From contig CAWFFU010000011.1 in the NCBI GenBank assembly GCA_963815215.1, forward strand, positions 32,001-96,000: a DNA stretch of 64,000 bases, in the 5' to 3' direction. The notes under the pieces are model-generated. The model was not told the origin of the DNA. It did no database searches and saw only the letters and a list, made by a program, of their open reading frames with translations. The DNA is from an uncultured Trueperaceae bacterium (lineage in GTDB: Bacteria; Deinococcota; Deinococci; Deinococcales; Trueperaceae). This document shows, piece after piece, positions 43,008 through 53,465 of the stretch. Numbering within the stretch: position 1 is the first letter of the stretch; the number at the start of each line of letters is the position of its first letter. The position numbers and the translations under genes are program-made.

Positions 43008-44063
43008 TCAGTAGTTGCGGGCCCGCAATCGGAGCGTGGTCGCCGCCGCGAGCCATTCCGAGACGGCGTGGACGGCCCCGCGCACGGTGGGCGTGATGAC
43101 GGGATCGCCGAACGGTTCGAGCCGCACGATCACCTCATGCTCCGCACGTTGCTGCACCAGCACCAGCAGGTGCTGGCGGATGTCGGGCTCGTCCACGCTC
43201 GCGCGCACCCACCAGCGCGGCCGGATCACCTCGTCGTCGCTGGGGGCGGCGATCGCCGCCGCCTCGGCCGGCGTGTGCGCGTGCTCGGAGGCGTCACTGC
43301 CGAGCGGACCGAAGCTGCGCGCGACCTCATGCAGGATCACGTGCCCCGCACCGTAGGGGAGAACGACCTTGGCGAAGGGCGCCGCCGTCGGCAGCGTCCC
43401 CGTGAACAACGCGTGGGGCATGGCAGTGGGCCTTTCGAAGTGCGGGAAGGCCTGCGTCGGCGAGCCGTTGTAGCGGAACTCGACGTAGTGCAGGGCCTTG
43501 CCCTGGGCCTTCCACTTGAGGGCGTACTTGGTCTCGAACACCGCTTCCGGCGGCGTAGTCGGGCGGGCCTCGAAGCTCCCGGACACCTCGGCCTCGGCCA
43601 GCGCGAAGGCAAGGTAGTCGGGGTGATCGGTCGCTAGGCGCACGGCCCCGCCATGACGCAGCCGGCTGGCGGCCAGATCGAAGAAGGAGTGCTGCAACAG
43701 GCGCCGGTCGACGTGTCGCTCCTTCGGCCAGGGGTCCGGAAAGTTCACCACGATACCCGCCAGCGCGTGCTCGGCGAAAAGGTGGCGCAGCGCGAACTGC
43801 GCCCCGGCCTTGGCCATGCGCACGTTACCGACGCCTTCGCGGCGTACCCGCCTGAGCGCACGTTGCACGCTGGCGCTGGAGATCTCGAGCCCGACGAAGT
43901 CGGCATCCGGCTCGTCCACGGCGCGCCGGACGGTGTAGCGCCCGTCGCCGAAGCCGATCTCCAGGTGGAGATCGGCCGATCGACCGAACTCGGCCGACCA
44001 GTCGACCGGGAACGGGCGCGTGCGCCAGGGCAGCAACGGGCTGAGCGAAGCTCGCTCGTCCAT
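43008..44063 (-). CDS. trmB: tRNA (guanine-N7)-methyltransferase with C-terminal extension
   Basis: LEIGFGDG, NFPDPWPK.RH..RRL, ATDH.DY, TKY. Confidence 0.9.
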   Translation of the reverse strand: MDERASLSPLLPWRTRPFPVDWSAEFGRSADLHLEIGFGDGRYTVRRAVDEPDADFVGLEISSASVQRALRRVRREGVGNVRMAKAGAQFALRHLFAEHALAGIVVNFPDPWPKERHVDRRLLQHSFFDLAASRLRHGGAVRLATDHPDYLAFALAEAEVSGSFEARPTTPPEAVFETKYALKWKAQGKALHYVEFRYNGSPTQAFPHFERPTAMPHALFTGTLPTAAPFAKVVLPYGAGHVILHEVARSFGPLGSDASEHAHTPAEAAAIAAPSDDEVIRPRWWVRASVDEPDIRQHLLVLVQQRAEHEVIVRLEPFGDPVITPTVRGAVHAVSEWLAAATTLRLRARNY

Positions 44064-44085
44064 GGGAACGCTCCTCGAAAGGGTC

Positions 44086-44898
44086 TCAGTCGCGCTTGAC
44101 CACGGGCCGCACCAGCAGGGCCTCGTTGGCGGCCAGATCGGACCGGAAGAGGGTATCTCGGGAGAACAGGATGTAGGGCCCGGCCCCGTCGACGGCACTC
44201 GCCCGGAACACCAGCACCTTGCCGTCGGCGCGCCTGCAGGCGACGCGCTCGGCGGGGCCGCCGCTGGCGCGCTCCCAGGTGTTGAGGATGCCCGGATCGA
44301 GCCCCGCAACCCCAGCGGCCAGCTCGCGATCGGTGAGACGCGCCACCAGGCGCGCGGTGCGGGGCCGCCGCCCGCGCATCTTCAGCACTCCGAGGCGAGA
44401 CAGCCGCTCGACGATGGCGAGCGTGTCATCGGGATCGAGGCCCGCATCGAGCGCGATGCGGGTGACGTTGCGTTGAGCATTGACGTGGGCGAGAACCGCG
44501 CGCTCGTCCTCGTTCAGGGTGAGTTCCTCGGCACGCTCGAAGTTGGTGTCGAGCACGGGTACAGCGTCGCGTGCCACGGTAGGGCCACCCTCGCGACGCG
44601 CTTCGTCGAGACGCCGGATCGCTTCCAGCACCAGATTCTCGGTGCCACTGTGGATCGTGGACTCGGGCGCGGGGATCCCCATGCGGAACTCGAAGCTCCC
44701 CCGCTCGTCGGCGAAGAGCGCGTAGACCGCGTTCTCCCCCGTGAGCTCGCCGAACTCCGCGTGCACGACCTGCCCCTTGTCGAAGTACACCCGCGCCAGA
44801 CCGGCCGGGTGATCGATCCCCAGCCGTCCCGAGCGCTGCGAGCCCGACAGCAGCTGGAACAGGTCCACCAGCGAGAAGAGGCCCAAGGTCCCGGTCAC
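44086..44898 (-). CDS. DUF4388 (PATAN-like) domain protein
   Basis: GTLGLFSLVDLFQLL...SGRL, YFDKGQVVHA, GSFEF, EAIRRLDE. Confidence 0.85.
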   Translation of the reverse strand: MTGTLGLFSLVDLFQLLSGSQRSGRLGIDHPAGLARVYFDKGQVVHAEFGELTGENAVYALFADERGSFEFRMGIPAPESTIHSGTENLVLEAIRRLDEARREGGPTVARDAVPVLDTNFERAEELTLNEDERAVLAHVNAQRNVTRIALDAGLDPDDTLAIVERLSRLGVLKMRGRRPRTARLVARLTDRELAAGVAGLDPGILNTWERASGGPAERVACRRADGKVLVFRASAVDGAGPYILFSRDTLFRSDLAANEALLVRPVVKRD

Positions 44899-44907
44899 GG
44901 CCGCATT

Positions 44908-45948
44908 CTACCTTCGAGCCGGGCGAACGGGACCGTGACCTGCCGTGTGATCGGGCAACTCCACCGAGGCGCGCACGATCGCCTCGCGCTCGGCGTCGGG
45001 CGCCAACGCGACCACGCCTTCACGCCCCTCGGCCCAGGGGCGGCGCACCAGCGTCGCGTTGGCGAGCACGCTCGAGCGCCCGCGGGGCGCGAACCCGAAC
45101 GCCTCCCCCACCAGCATCGGGTTGAGGCCGTAGCGGAGGTTGACGCGCCCCTGGAGCAGCGCGCGCAGCCCGCGCCCCAGCCATGCCTCGCCCTCGCTGA
45201 CACTCGGATCCGGCGGCCACGGACGGGTCCACGCGGCGTCGTTGGCGCTGGGCTGGACCAGCACCTCCGCCCCCTGAGCGTCGAGCGCGGCCACCACCCC
45301 CTCGTGCCAGCCGTCGAGACACACCGCCACCCCGACCCTGCCGCACGGCGCACGCATCACCGGCAGGTCGCTCATCGCGCCACCGACGAGCCCCACGTGC
45401 GACTCGAGTCCTGGGGTCAGGAACACCTTGCGGCTGCGCCCGAGCAGGGCACCCCCCGGCGCGAAGGTATAGGCCACGTTGTGGACGCGGCGGCCCGTCA
45501 CGTGGCTGCCGCGCGATGCTTCGACCTCGATGTCGGGCAGGAAGGCCGTGCCTGCCACGACGGTGGCGCCCGTCGACCTCGCCACCGCACGGAAGGCGCT
45601 CACGTAGGCCTCGTGCACGTCGAGCGCGCGTGCCAGATGAACGGCGGCCGGTCCGGGTGCCCGGTGGCGCCAGGCCGCTGCCAGCACCTCCGCCCAGCGA
45701 CCCCGCAACGACCGCCGGGCCGCCTCGGCCAGGGTGCCGCTGCCGGCCACGTCGCGCGCGCGGCCCAGCGTGAACAGCAGCGGCATCGCGATCGCCTCGG
45801 GGAAGGCCAGGAGCACCGCACCCCCGTCATCCGGCACGCCGGCCACTGCCTCTCGAGCGAGGCGCATCGTCCACGCCGCGAATCGCTCGGCACTGCCGTA
45901 GGGATCCTCGGAGAGAGCCGCCTGGACGGCTACGAGGTGGACGCGCAC
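44908..45948 (-). CDS. Carbon-nitrogen hydrolase (nitrilase superfamily)
   Basis: Catalytic triad FPE, SRKVFL, VCLDGW; TAGACT 5 nt before GTG. Confidence 0.85.
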   Translation of the reverse strand: MRVHLVAVQAALSEDPYGSAERFAAWTMRLAREAVAGVPDDGGAVLLAFPEAIAMPLLFTLGRARDVAGSGTLAEAARRSLRGRWAEVLAAAWRHRAPGPAAVHLARALDVHEAYVSAFRAVARSTGATVVAGTAFLPDIEVEASRGSHVTGRRVHNVAYTFAPGGALLGRSRKVFLTPGLESHVGLVGGAMSDLPVMRAPCGRVGVAVCLDGWHEGVVAALDAQGAEVLVQPSANDAAWTRPWPPDPSVSEGEAWLGRGLRALLQGRVNLRYGLNPMLVGEAFGFAPRGRSSVLANATLVRRPWAEGREGVVALAPDAEREAIVRASVELPDHTAGHGPVRPARR

Positions 45949-46041
45949 GCTCCAGTCTAGCCGTCCGCGGCGCACCACAGAAGCAACGACCTGGACGCGT
46001 CCCAACGCGGCGTCGCGGCGCCCCGAAGGTATACTGCGCTG

Positions 46042-47106
46042 GTGCCCGCCCGTTTGGCGCGTTACCTGCTTCGCGAGACCGCGGGGCTCTATTTCCTCGG
46101 TGTCGCGGCCTTCTGCCTGCTGCTGTCCATCGACCTGCTGAGCGTGCTCGCACGCTTCCTGATCCAGCAGGACGCCACCCTTGGACAGGTCGGGCTTCTG
46201 CTGCTGTACAAGCTGCCCTACTTCTTCCATCTCAGCTTCCCCATCGCCGTGGTGTTCGCGGTGCTGCTCGCTACCGGCAGGCTCGCCAAGGACTCGGAGC
46301 TCAAGGCCGCCTACTCGCTCGGCGCCCGACCGGCCGACCTGCTCGTCCCGCTGGCCGCGCTCGGACTGCTGGTGGGAGCGGTGAGCCTGGTGAACAACGG
46401 CTTCCTCGAAGCGCGAGCCGAGACCGCCTACCAGCACATGATCGACCGCTTCATCTACGTTCGCCCCCCCGCACAGGTGCAGACGGACGCTTCGTTCCGC
46501 ATCGCCGGCGAGGGGGTCTTCTACGCAGCGCGCATCCGCGGGAACCTCACGGATCTCGCGGAGGCCGACCTGCAGGGCGTCCTGGTGCTGCTCGACGACG
46601 GCACCGTGCTGACGGCGACCCACGGCAGGTGGTCGAGCAGCGCCAAGACCTGGACGCTCCTCGACGCGCAGCGCAGCACGCCCGGGCAGGCGCCCGCGAA
46701 CGCCGGCACCGTCACCGTTCCGTTCCTCTTGGAGGCGACTCCCAACCAGACCCTGGCGCGCAGCGTGACCCTTCCTCTCGACGAGCTGTGGGCGCAGATC
46801 GGCCGCCTGCGCCTGGCGGGGGGCGATGCCGGGCCTCTGCTGTTCCAGTTCCACCGACGCGTCGCCGACGCCTTCACCGCCGTGGTGTTCGCCATCATCG
46901 CCGGGGCGCTCGGCCTGCGCGTCCGCGGGCGCGCCTCTGGCTTCGCCTGGACGATCATCCTGCTGGTGCTGTTCTGGGCGATGTGGTTCTTCGCGCGCAG
47001 CCTGTACCAGGCGGGCGCGTTGGGCCCGGTGGAAGCGGCCTGGATGACCCCGCTGGTCGCCGGCGTTGGGGCCGTGCTGTTGGCCATCTGGAGCCTGCGA
47101 ACATGA
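46042..47106 (+). CDS. LptF/LptG-family permease
   Basis: RYLLRE, GRLAKDSELKA, three TMs + periplasmic beta domain + three TMs, AAW.P. Confidence 0.88.
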   Translation: MPARLARYLLRETAGLYFLGVAAFCLLLSIDLLSVLARFLIQQDATLGQVGLLLLYKLPYFFHLSFPIAVVFAVLLATGRLAKDSELKAAYSLGARPADLLVPLAALGLLVGAVSLVNNGFLEARAETAYQHMIDRFIYVRPPAQVQTDASFRIAGEGVFYAARIRGNLTDLAEADLQGVLVLLDDGTVLTATHGRWSSSAKTWTLLDAQRSTPGQAPANAGTVTVPFLLEATPNQTLARSVTLPLDELWAQIGRLRLAGGDAGPLLFQFHRRVADAFTAVVFAIIAGALGLRVRGRASGFAWTIILLVLFWAMWFFARSLYQAGALGPVEAAWMTPLVAGVGAVLLAIWSLRT

Positions 47107-48173
47107 ACCGCTTCAGCCGCTACCTGTTCCGCGAGATCCTGCCCCTGTACGGCGCCGGCCTGGCGGTGCTGTTGGTCCTGCTGCTCATGAGCTTCCTGCT
47201 CGGCGTGCTGGCCGACGCCCTGGCGCGAGGCGTGCCCGCCCCCCTGGTGGCCCGATTCCTGCTGTTCAAGCTACCCGCGGCTGCGGGCCCGGGGCTGCCG
47301 CTGGCGCTGCTGTTCGCGGCCCTGCTGGGGCTGACCCGTCTCGCCCAGGACGGCGAGATCAAGGCGGCCATGCTGCTGGGGTTGAGCCCACGCCGCTTCC
47401 TGATGCCGATGCTCGGCCTGGGACTGCTGGTGAGCCTCCTCGCCTTCGCCAACGACGAGCTGGTCGTGCCGTGGAGCGAACAACACGCTCTCGAGGTCCA
47501 GAAGGACATCCTGCTGCGAAGCCCCGAGACCGTCATCAAGGCCGGCTCGTTCTTCACGGACGCGCTCGGCCGCAGCATCTACATCGGGTCGGTGGCGCCC
47601 GGCGGGCACCTCCGCAACGTGACGGTGATCAGCCCGGGAGGTACGCAGGGCCCTCGCGACGTCATCCAGGCCGCAAGCGGCGATCTCGACCAGGCCGCCG
47701 GTGTCTGGCGCCTGCAGGACCTGCGCTTCCGCGTGTTCCGGGCCGGCCGGCTGGTCCTCGACTTCCACGCCGCCAGCGGCGACCTGCCGGTCCGCGGCCT
47801 GGCCGCCGGCGTCACCGGCACTCCCGATCTGGTGTACCTGCCGCTGGGCGAGTTGATCCAGCGCCTCCGGAGCGATCCGGGCCGACCCAAGCCCGCGGAG
47901 TGGACCGCGCTGTACCGCAAGCTCGCTGAGCCGCTCGCCGCCACGGCCTTCGCCCTCTTCGCCCTGTCCGTCGCGCTCTTCACCTTCCGGCGCGGGGTGC
48001 CGCTCGGGCTGGTCTCGGTGCTGTTCCTGACGTTCATCTATTACGCAACCGGCAGCGTCTCGAAACTCCTCGGGGCGCAGGGCACCATCCCCGCCTACGT
48101 TGCGGGATGGGCGCCGGTGGCCCTCTACGTCGTCGCCGGCGGGATCCTCCTAGCGCTCTCCTGGAGGCGCTGA
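47103..48173 (+). CDS. LptF/LptG-family permease
   Basis: RYLFREIL, RLAQDGEIKA, NDELVVP, RKLAEP, AGWAP; ATGA overlap. Confidence 0.88.
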   Translation: MNRFSRYLFREILPLYGAGLAVLLVLLLMSFLLGVLADALARGVPAPLVARFLLFKLPAAAGPGLPLALLFAALLGLTRLAQDGEIKAAMLLGLSPRRFLMPMLGLGLLVSLLAFANDELVVPWSEQHALEVQKDILLRSPETVIKAGSFFTDALGRSIYIGSVAPGGHLRNVTVISPGGTQGPRDVIQAASGDLDQAAGVWRLQDLRFRVFRAGRLVLDFHAASGDLPVRGLAAGVTGTPDLVYLPLGELIQRLRSDPGRPKPAEWTALYRKLAEPLAATAFALFALSVALFTFRRGVPLGLVSVLFLTFIYYATGSVSKLLGAQGTIPAYVAGWAPVALYVVAGGILLALSWRR

Positions 48174-51104
48174 ATGCGGCGCGCCCTGCTTCTCGGCGCC
48201 CTCACCCTGGTGCTCCTGGTCGGCGGAAGCGCCCAGGCCGTGCGCATCACCATCGACACCGGCGGCGACCCCACCAGCCGCCTGGAGATCCGAACCCTCA
48301 CGCTCCCCGACGGCACCGAGGCGCAGCTCTACGTCCTGGAGGGACACCAGGTCCACGTCACCATCGGAGACAGCGAGCTGGTGGCCGACCACGTCGAGTT
48401 CGACCTGACCAACCGCATCGTAAGGGTGGTCGGCTACGGCAGCTACACCGCCAACGGGGAGACGGTCACCGGCAACGACATGGTCATCGATCTCAAGGGG
48501 GAGAGCCTCCAGGCGAAGGACGTCATCATCAGCACCTCGGCACTCGACGTCACGGGCGACAGCGCCAGCCGGGTCCCCGGCCAGATCAGCATCCTCAGCG
48601 GGCACTTCAGTCCCTGTTCGCGCTGCGACCAGACCGTGCAAGACTACGGCTTCGACGCCACACGCATCGAGCTATATCCGGGAGATCGCCTGGTGGCCTA
48701 CGGCGTGACGGTGCTGCTGCGCGGCCGCCCGCTGTTCCATCTGCCACTGCTGGTGGTGCCGTTGGCCCCGCCGAACCGGCAGCCCCTGCTCTCGATCACC
48801 TCCGGTACGGCCACGACACGCGCCGAGATCGCCCTGCGCTGGCCCTACGTGGCCGGACCGAACGCGTTCGGCAACGTCGACCTCCACTACTACGCCGACG
48901 TTCAGACGGGCGCCGGCGGCGGGCTGGAGAAGAGCCTGCTGGGGGGCCAGGTGCAGACGTCCTACCTCGGCGGCGGCTTCGATCACCGGTTCTACACCGA
49001 TCGCGGCAAGGGCGAGTTCAAGGTGGAGTACACCCCGTTCACGCTCGACCGCAACGCCGACGGCAGTGTGCCCAGCGGACAGAAGGGCGAGAGCACGCTC
49101 CAGTTCGACCTGCACTACGCCACCGAGCCCACGCTCGGCCCCCCGGCGGTGTCGTTCAGCCTCAAGCGGGACGACACGGTGCGCAACCGTATCTGGGAGT
49201 ACGCGTGGTCGACCACCGCGCAGAACGCCGGCCTGGAGGGAACGTTCAGCAGTCAGGGTTTCCTAGATGTAGCGCCCGGCGACACCGTGACCACACCCAG
49301 CTACGCCAACAGGACCACGCCGCTGTGGACCGTCGGCCGCCTCGAGGTCAAACCCACCAACCTGAAGGACTACACCTTCGGTCCCTTCCAGGTGCAGAGC
49401 GCCTTGCTCGACCTCGGCGTCTTCCGCGACACCAGCAACCTCAGCAACCGCAGCGCGGCCGCCACCCCGACGTTCACGGCCGCCCGCGCGCTCGACAACT
49501 ACACCCTGGCCATGAACCCGGTCTCCCCCTGGAACGGCATGACGGTGTCGGGCAAGAGCGTGTTCACCGGCAGCTACTACGGCACCGGCGAACGCCTCGT
49601 GAACTGGGACGCCAACCTCACGGCGAAGCAGACCACCGAGGGCGTAGGCTCCCTGTCCCTGACCTTCCAGCGCAACACCGCTCAGGGGGAGACCCCGTTC
49701 GCGTTCGACCAGATCCCGTTGAGCACCCGAACGGGGACGAACGCGACGCTCCTGATCGACCCCCTGGCGTGGGCCAGCCTCGAGGTCAAGAGCGGCTACG
49801 TGTTCGTCGACAGCCGCGATCAGCAGAACGTGGGCGTGCAACCGGTCGACTCCACCCTGCGCCTGTTCGGAAACACCAACTGGGTCAACCTCAGCGTCAG
49901 CAACAGCTACGACGTGAAGAACCAGGATCCCGGCACCATCGACACCAGACTCGACCTGACGTCGCGCGGCGACCTCAAGGCGGCCCTGAGCCTCGAGCAC
50001 GTCCAGGACCTCAAGCCCACCCCCGATCGTCTCAGCGGGATCGTGACCAATGAGACCCACTCCCAGGCGAAGGCCAGCCTTGCCTACGCGGGCGTGGCGG
50101 AGCTCTCGATCAGCGGCGGCTACAGCTACGCGCCGCCTCCTCCTCCGACCGGAGAGCCGCCGCAGGCCTGGGATCCCCTGGACTTCTCGCTCACCCTGGG
50201 GACGCTCCAGCAGGACGACGCCGTCCCGGGCGTCAAGCTCACCTACGAGCGCGACCTGAACGCCGGCAAGGTCACGGCCCTTCGCGTCGATGCCGCGGCG
50301 GCCGTCGGCCCGCTGCAGTTCAGCGCCTCGGAGCAGCTGGGATTCCCAGATGGCACGGTGGCGTCGAGCTCACTGAGGGTCGCGTGGCCGGGGATCGCGG
50401 CGGCCGAGGCCGACGGTCTGGCATGGCTCGAGCCGGGGTGGCTGGGCTTCCCCGGCGATCCCACCTTCAGCCGTGCCATCGCGTTCAGGTTCGAGGATGC
50501 ACCGACGAGCGGATCGCCTGTGTGGCAGGTGCGCTACGACACCATCTTCGATCCCACCCTGAACGGCGGCGCGGGCGGCTACCGCAACACCGACCTGACC
50601 GCCCGCGCCGTCCTCACCGACCGCCAGGTCGGGCCCGCCAACTTCAGCGTCGATCTGTTCTACGACATGCCGCTGCGCGACGATCTGTTGCCCCTGTCCT
50701 ATCTGCGTCGCGCCAGCCTGACCTTCGGGCTCGACCTGTACCAGACGGTCGGTCTGCAAGGTGCGTTGGGCTACAACGGCAGCTACTCGAGCGCCACGCA
50801 GAGCGTGACCAGCCAAGTGCTGACGCTGGGTGACGTGGCTCTCATCGTCCGCCCCCTCAAGGACCTATATGTTGGCGCGGTGGTGAACGACACCTGGGAC
50901 TTCAGCGGCAACGATGCCAGCCATCCGGCCTTCAACCTCCAGCCGACCTTCGTGGCCGCCTGGAACCGCTGCTGCTGGGCGCTCTACAGCTCGTGGAACA
51001 GCGCCACCGGCCAGTTCAAGATCGCGCTCACCACACCGGGCGCGCAGAAGGGTCTGCTTCAGATGTTCGATACCGGCCTCACTCTGCCGGGAGCGAAGCC
51101 GTGA
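48174..51104 (+). CDS. LptD/OstA-like outer-membrane beta-barrel protein
   Basis: Signal peptide, OstA-like LVADHVEFD, FSPCSRC, ATRIELYPGD, beta-strand-rich body, C-terminal RCCW. Confidence 0.75.
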   Translation: MRRALLLGALTLVLLVGGSAQAVRITIDTGGDPTSRLEIRTLTLPDGTEAQLYVLEGHQVHVTIGDSELVADHVEFDLTNRIVRVVGYGSYTANGETVTGNDMVIDLKGESLQAKDVIISTSALDVTGDSASRVPGQISILSGHFSPCSRCDQTVQDYGFDATRIELYPGDRLVAYGVTVLLRGRPLFHLPLLVVPLAPPNRQPLLSITSGTATTRAEIALRWPYVAGPNAFGNVDLHYYADVQTGAGGGLEKSLLGGQVQTSYLGGGFDHRFYTDRGKGEFKVEYTPFTLDRNADGSVPSGQKGESTLQFDLHYATEPTLGPPAVSFSLKRDDTVRNRIWEYAWSTTAQNAGLEGTFSSQGFLDVAPGDTVTTPSYANRTTPLWTVGRLEVKPTNLKDYTFGPFQVQSALLDLGVFRDTSNLSNRSAAATPTFTAARALDNYTLAMNPVSPWNGMTVSGKSVFTGSYYGTGERLVNWDANLTAKQTTEGVGSLSLTFQRNTAQGETPFAFDQIPLSTRTGTNATLLIDPLAWASLEVKSGYVFVDSRDQQNVGVQPVDSTLRLFGNTNWVNLSVSNSYDVKNQDPGTIDTRLDLTSRGDLKAALSLEHVQDLKPTPDRLSGIVTNETHSQAKASLAYAGVAELSISGGYSYAPPPPPTGEPPQAWDPLDFSLTLGTLQQDDAVPGVKLTYERDLNAGKVTALRVDAAAAVGPLQFSASEQLGFPDGTVASSSLRVAWPGIAAAEADGLAWLEPGWLGFPGDPTFSRAIAFRFEDAPTSGSPVWQVRYDTIFDPTLNGGAGGYRNTDLTARAVLTDRQVGPANFSVDLFYDMPLRDDLLPLSYLRRASLTFGLDLYQTVGLQGALGYNGSYSSATQSVTSQVLTLGDVALIVRPLKDLYVGAVVNDTWDFSGNDASHPAFNLQPTFVAAWNRCCWALYSSWNSATGQFKIALTTPGAQKGLLQMFDTGLTLPGAKP

Positions 51105-52375
51105 GGCGGCTGCGGGCCCTGGCGCCGCTGCTGCTCCTGCTGCTGGGAGTGGTGGCCGGCTGCACCGGCACCACCGAGAACGTGCCACCGCTGCTGCTGG
51201 CGATCGGGCGCCAGGATCCTGCGAACGCCGCGGCCTACCAGATGGTGCTGGTGGAGGACAACTACACCGCCAACCAGTCCACGCAACGAACGCTGACGGT
51301 GGTGGCGGGCAGCGAGCGACCACTCCCCTACCCGGCGATCGCGTCCGACGTGGTGGGCCGGGCGGGGGCGCGCACGAGCATGGTGGTGCTGACGCGCGAC
51401 CTGGCGCCGGGCACCGACCCCCCGTCCGCGCTGGTGAGCTTCAGCCTTACCGGCATCGATCCCGCTGCGCCCACCGCCTTCCAGGAGCTGCCGACGATCC
51501 CCCTCACCGGAGCCGGAGGCGCGCTGCAGGCCTATGCGCCGCTGTGCCTGACGGGCCTGACCGTGTCGGCGACGGGGCGCTACGTGACGCTACTCAGCGA
51601 CCCCCGGGCCTGCAACGACACCAGCACGAACGTCGCTCAACTCTTCCAGCTCGACACCCAGACGCGCAGCGCGGTACCGGTGGTGCTCGCGAGCGCCGTC
51701 CAGGTGACGCAACCGACGGTCCCCTTCGACGACCAGCAGAGCACCGGCGAGACGCTCTCGTTCCTCGTCTCCGGCACGAACAACGCCCAGGTCTACACCG
51801 ATCCCGTGCCGCACGACGCGAGTCAGGCAGCGATCGCGGGGACGCTGCCAGGGCAGGAGCAACTGGCGCTCGAGGGCAGCGGCGGCGTCCTGACGGCCGC
51901 CACCAACCCCTACCCGTACGCACCCAACTCGTACCTGCAGTCGTACCTGCAGACGGTGACTCCGGGACTGCTGACCCCGGCGGGGACACAGGTCGACACG
52001 GTCTTCGGCGCGACCGCCCTGGCCATCGACCCCACGGGAGCCACATCGCAGGTGGTGGTAGCGGGCTACAGCTCCGGCGGGGCCGGCGAGATCGCCGTGC
52101 ACCCCGACCCGGGCACCAAGGCCACGGCCATCACGCCCTACGTCTACGGCCTCACCGGCGTGGCGGCCGCCATCGATCCGGTGAACCGCTTCGCCTACGT
52201 CGTCGACAACGAGCGCATCGTGGTGCTCGACCTGCTCACCGTAGCGAGCCAACAGGGAATCTGGTACCAGTCGTACCCCTTCTCGACGGGGGGCGACCTA
52301 CCGCTGCCGGCCGATGCTTACGGACGCTACGTCACGACCGTGCAATGGGCGCGCGCCAAGTCGACGACGCCGTGA
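51101..52375 (+). CDS. Hypothetical lipoprotein (beta-rich)
   Basis: Lipobox VVAG-C after hydrophobic stretch; GTGA overlap with lptD-like gene. Confidence 0.75.
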   Translation: MRRLRALAPLLLLLLGVVAGCTGTTENVPPLLLAIGRQDPANAAAYQMVLVEDNYTANQSTQRTLTVVAGSERPLPYPAIASDVVGRAGARTSMVVLTRDLAPGTDPPSALVSFSLTGIDPAAPTAFQELPTIPLTGAGGALQAYAPLCLTGLTVSATGRYVTLLSDPRACNDTSTNVAQLFQLDTQTRSAVPVVLASAVQVTQPTVPFDDQQSTGETLSFLVSGTNNAQVYTDPVPHDASQAAIAGTLPGQEQLALEGSGGVLTAATNPYPYAPNSYLQSYLQTVTPGLLTPAGTQVDTVFGATALAIDPTGATSQVVVAGYSSGGAGEIAVHPDPGTKATAITPYVYGLTGVAAAIDPVNRFAYVVDNERIVVLDLLTVASQQGIWYQSYPFSTGGDLPLPADAYGRYVTTVQWARAKSTTP

Positions 52376-52405
52376 AGCCTGCTACCGCCCCGGCCGGCGC
52401 GGGCC

Positions 52406-53407
52406 TCAGGCCGGCTGGCTGAGCTCGCCCAGACCCGCGATCCCGCTGCGGATGTGCTCGACCAGCCGGCCCTCGACCGCCCGATGGGCCGTGCGCAGCG
52501 CGCTCGCCACGGCGCGGGCGTCGGCACTGCCGTGCCCGATGAAGGCATGGCCGTCCACCCCTAGCAGCGGTTGAGCGCCGTACTCGGCCGGGTCGAGGCG
52601 GGCCGCGATGGAACGCAGGCGGGGCCGGACCAGCATGCCGCCGATGCGGCTGCGCAGGTCGGCGCGAAGGGCGTCGCGCACCCAGGAGAACAGCTCCCTG
52701 GCTTCCCCCTCGGCCAGTTTGAGGATCACGTTGCCGGTGAAGCCGTCGGTGACCACGACGTCAGTCAGCCCGCGGAAGAGGTCGCGCCCCTCGACGTTGC
52801 CGTAGAAGCGCACGCCGGATGTCTCCCGCAACAGCGCGTGGGCGCGCACCACCAGCTCGCTGCCCTTCTCGGGCTCCTCGCCGATGGACATCAACCCCAC
52901 GCTGGGGGACGCCACGCCCCACATGGTGCGCGCGAAGACCGAACCCATCACGGCGAACTGTTGCAGGTGCGAGGGGCGGCACTCGGCGTTCGCGCCCACG
53001 TCGATGAGTGCCACGTAACCGTCCTTGACGGGGATGTTGGCCAGGATGCCGGGTCGCTCGACGCCGCGCAAGCGCCCCAGCACGAACAACGCGGCAGCCA
53101 TGGTCGCGCCGGAGTGACCCATCGACACCGCGGCCGACGCCTTGCCGTCCTTGACCATGCGCATCGCAACCATCACGCTGCTGGACGTGCGCCGGCGCAC
53201 GTCGGCGGCGTGCTCGGTCATGGCGATGACGTCGTCGGCGTGCCGGATGGGAAGCGTGGCCCCGCGCTCGGTGAGACCGGCGCGCAGGACCTCTTCGTCG
53301 CCCACCAGCACCACCGGCACCCCTTCCGCCGCAGCGGCAAGGGCGCCGTCGAGCGCCGCTGCGGGCATCCGGTCGCCCCCCATGGCATCGAGTGCGATCG
53401 GCTCCAT
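52406..53407 (-). CDS. plsX: Phosphate acyltransferase PlsX
   Basis: IALDAMGGD, DVGANAEC, IGEEPEKG, GNVEGRD, DGFTGN, HGSAD. Confidence 0.95.
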   Translation of the reverse strand: MEPIALDAMGGDRMPAAALDGALAAAAEGVPVVLVGDEEVLRAGLTERGATLPIRHADDVIAMTEHAADVRRRTSSSVMVAMRMVKDGKASAAVSMGHSGATMAAALFVLGRLRGVERPGILANIPVKDGYVALIDVGANAECRPSHLQQFAVMGSVFARTMWGVASPSVGLMSIGEEPEKGSELVVRAHALLRETSGVRFYGNVEGRDLFRGLTDVVVTDGFTGNVILKLAEGEARELFSWVRDALRADLRSRIGGMLVRPRLRSIAARLDPAEYGAQPLLGVDGHAFIGHGSADARAVASALRTAHRAVEGRLVEHIRSGIAGLGELSQPA

Positions 53408-53465
53408 ATCGCGCCAGTATAGCGCCGCCGCCGTGCGCTCCCGGCGAGCCGCTAGACTGACGGAC

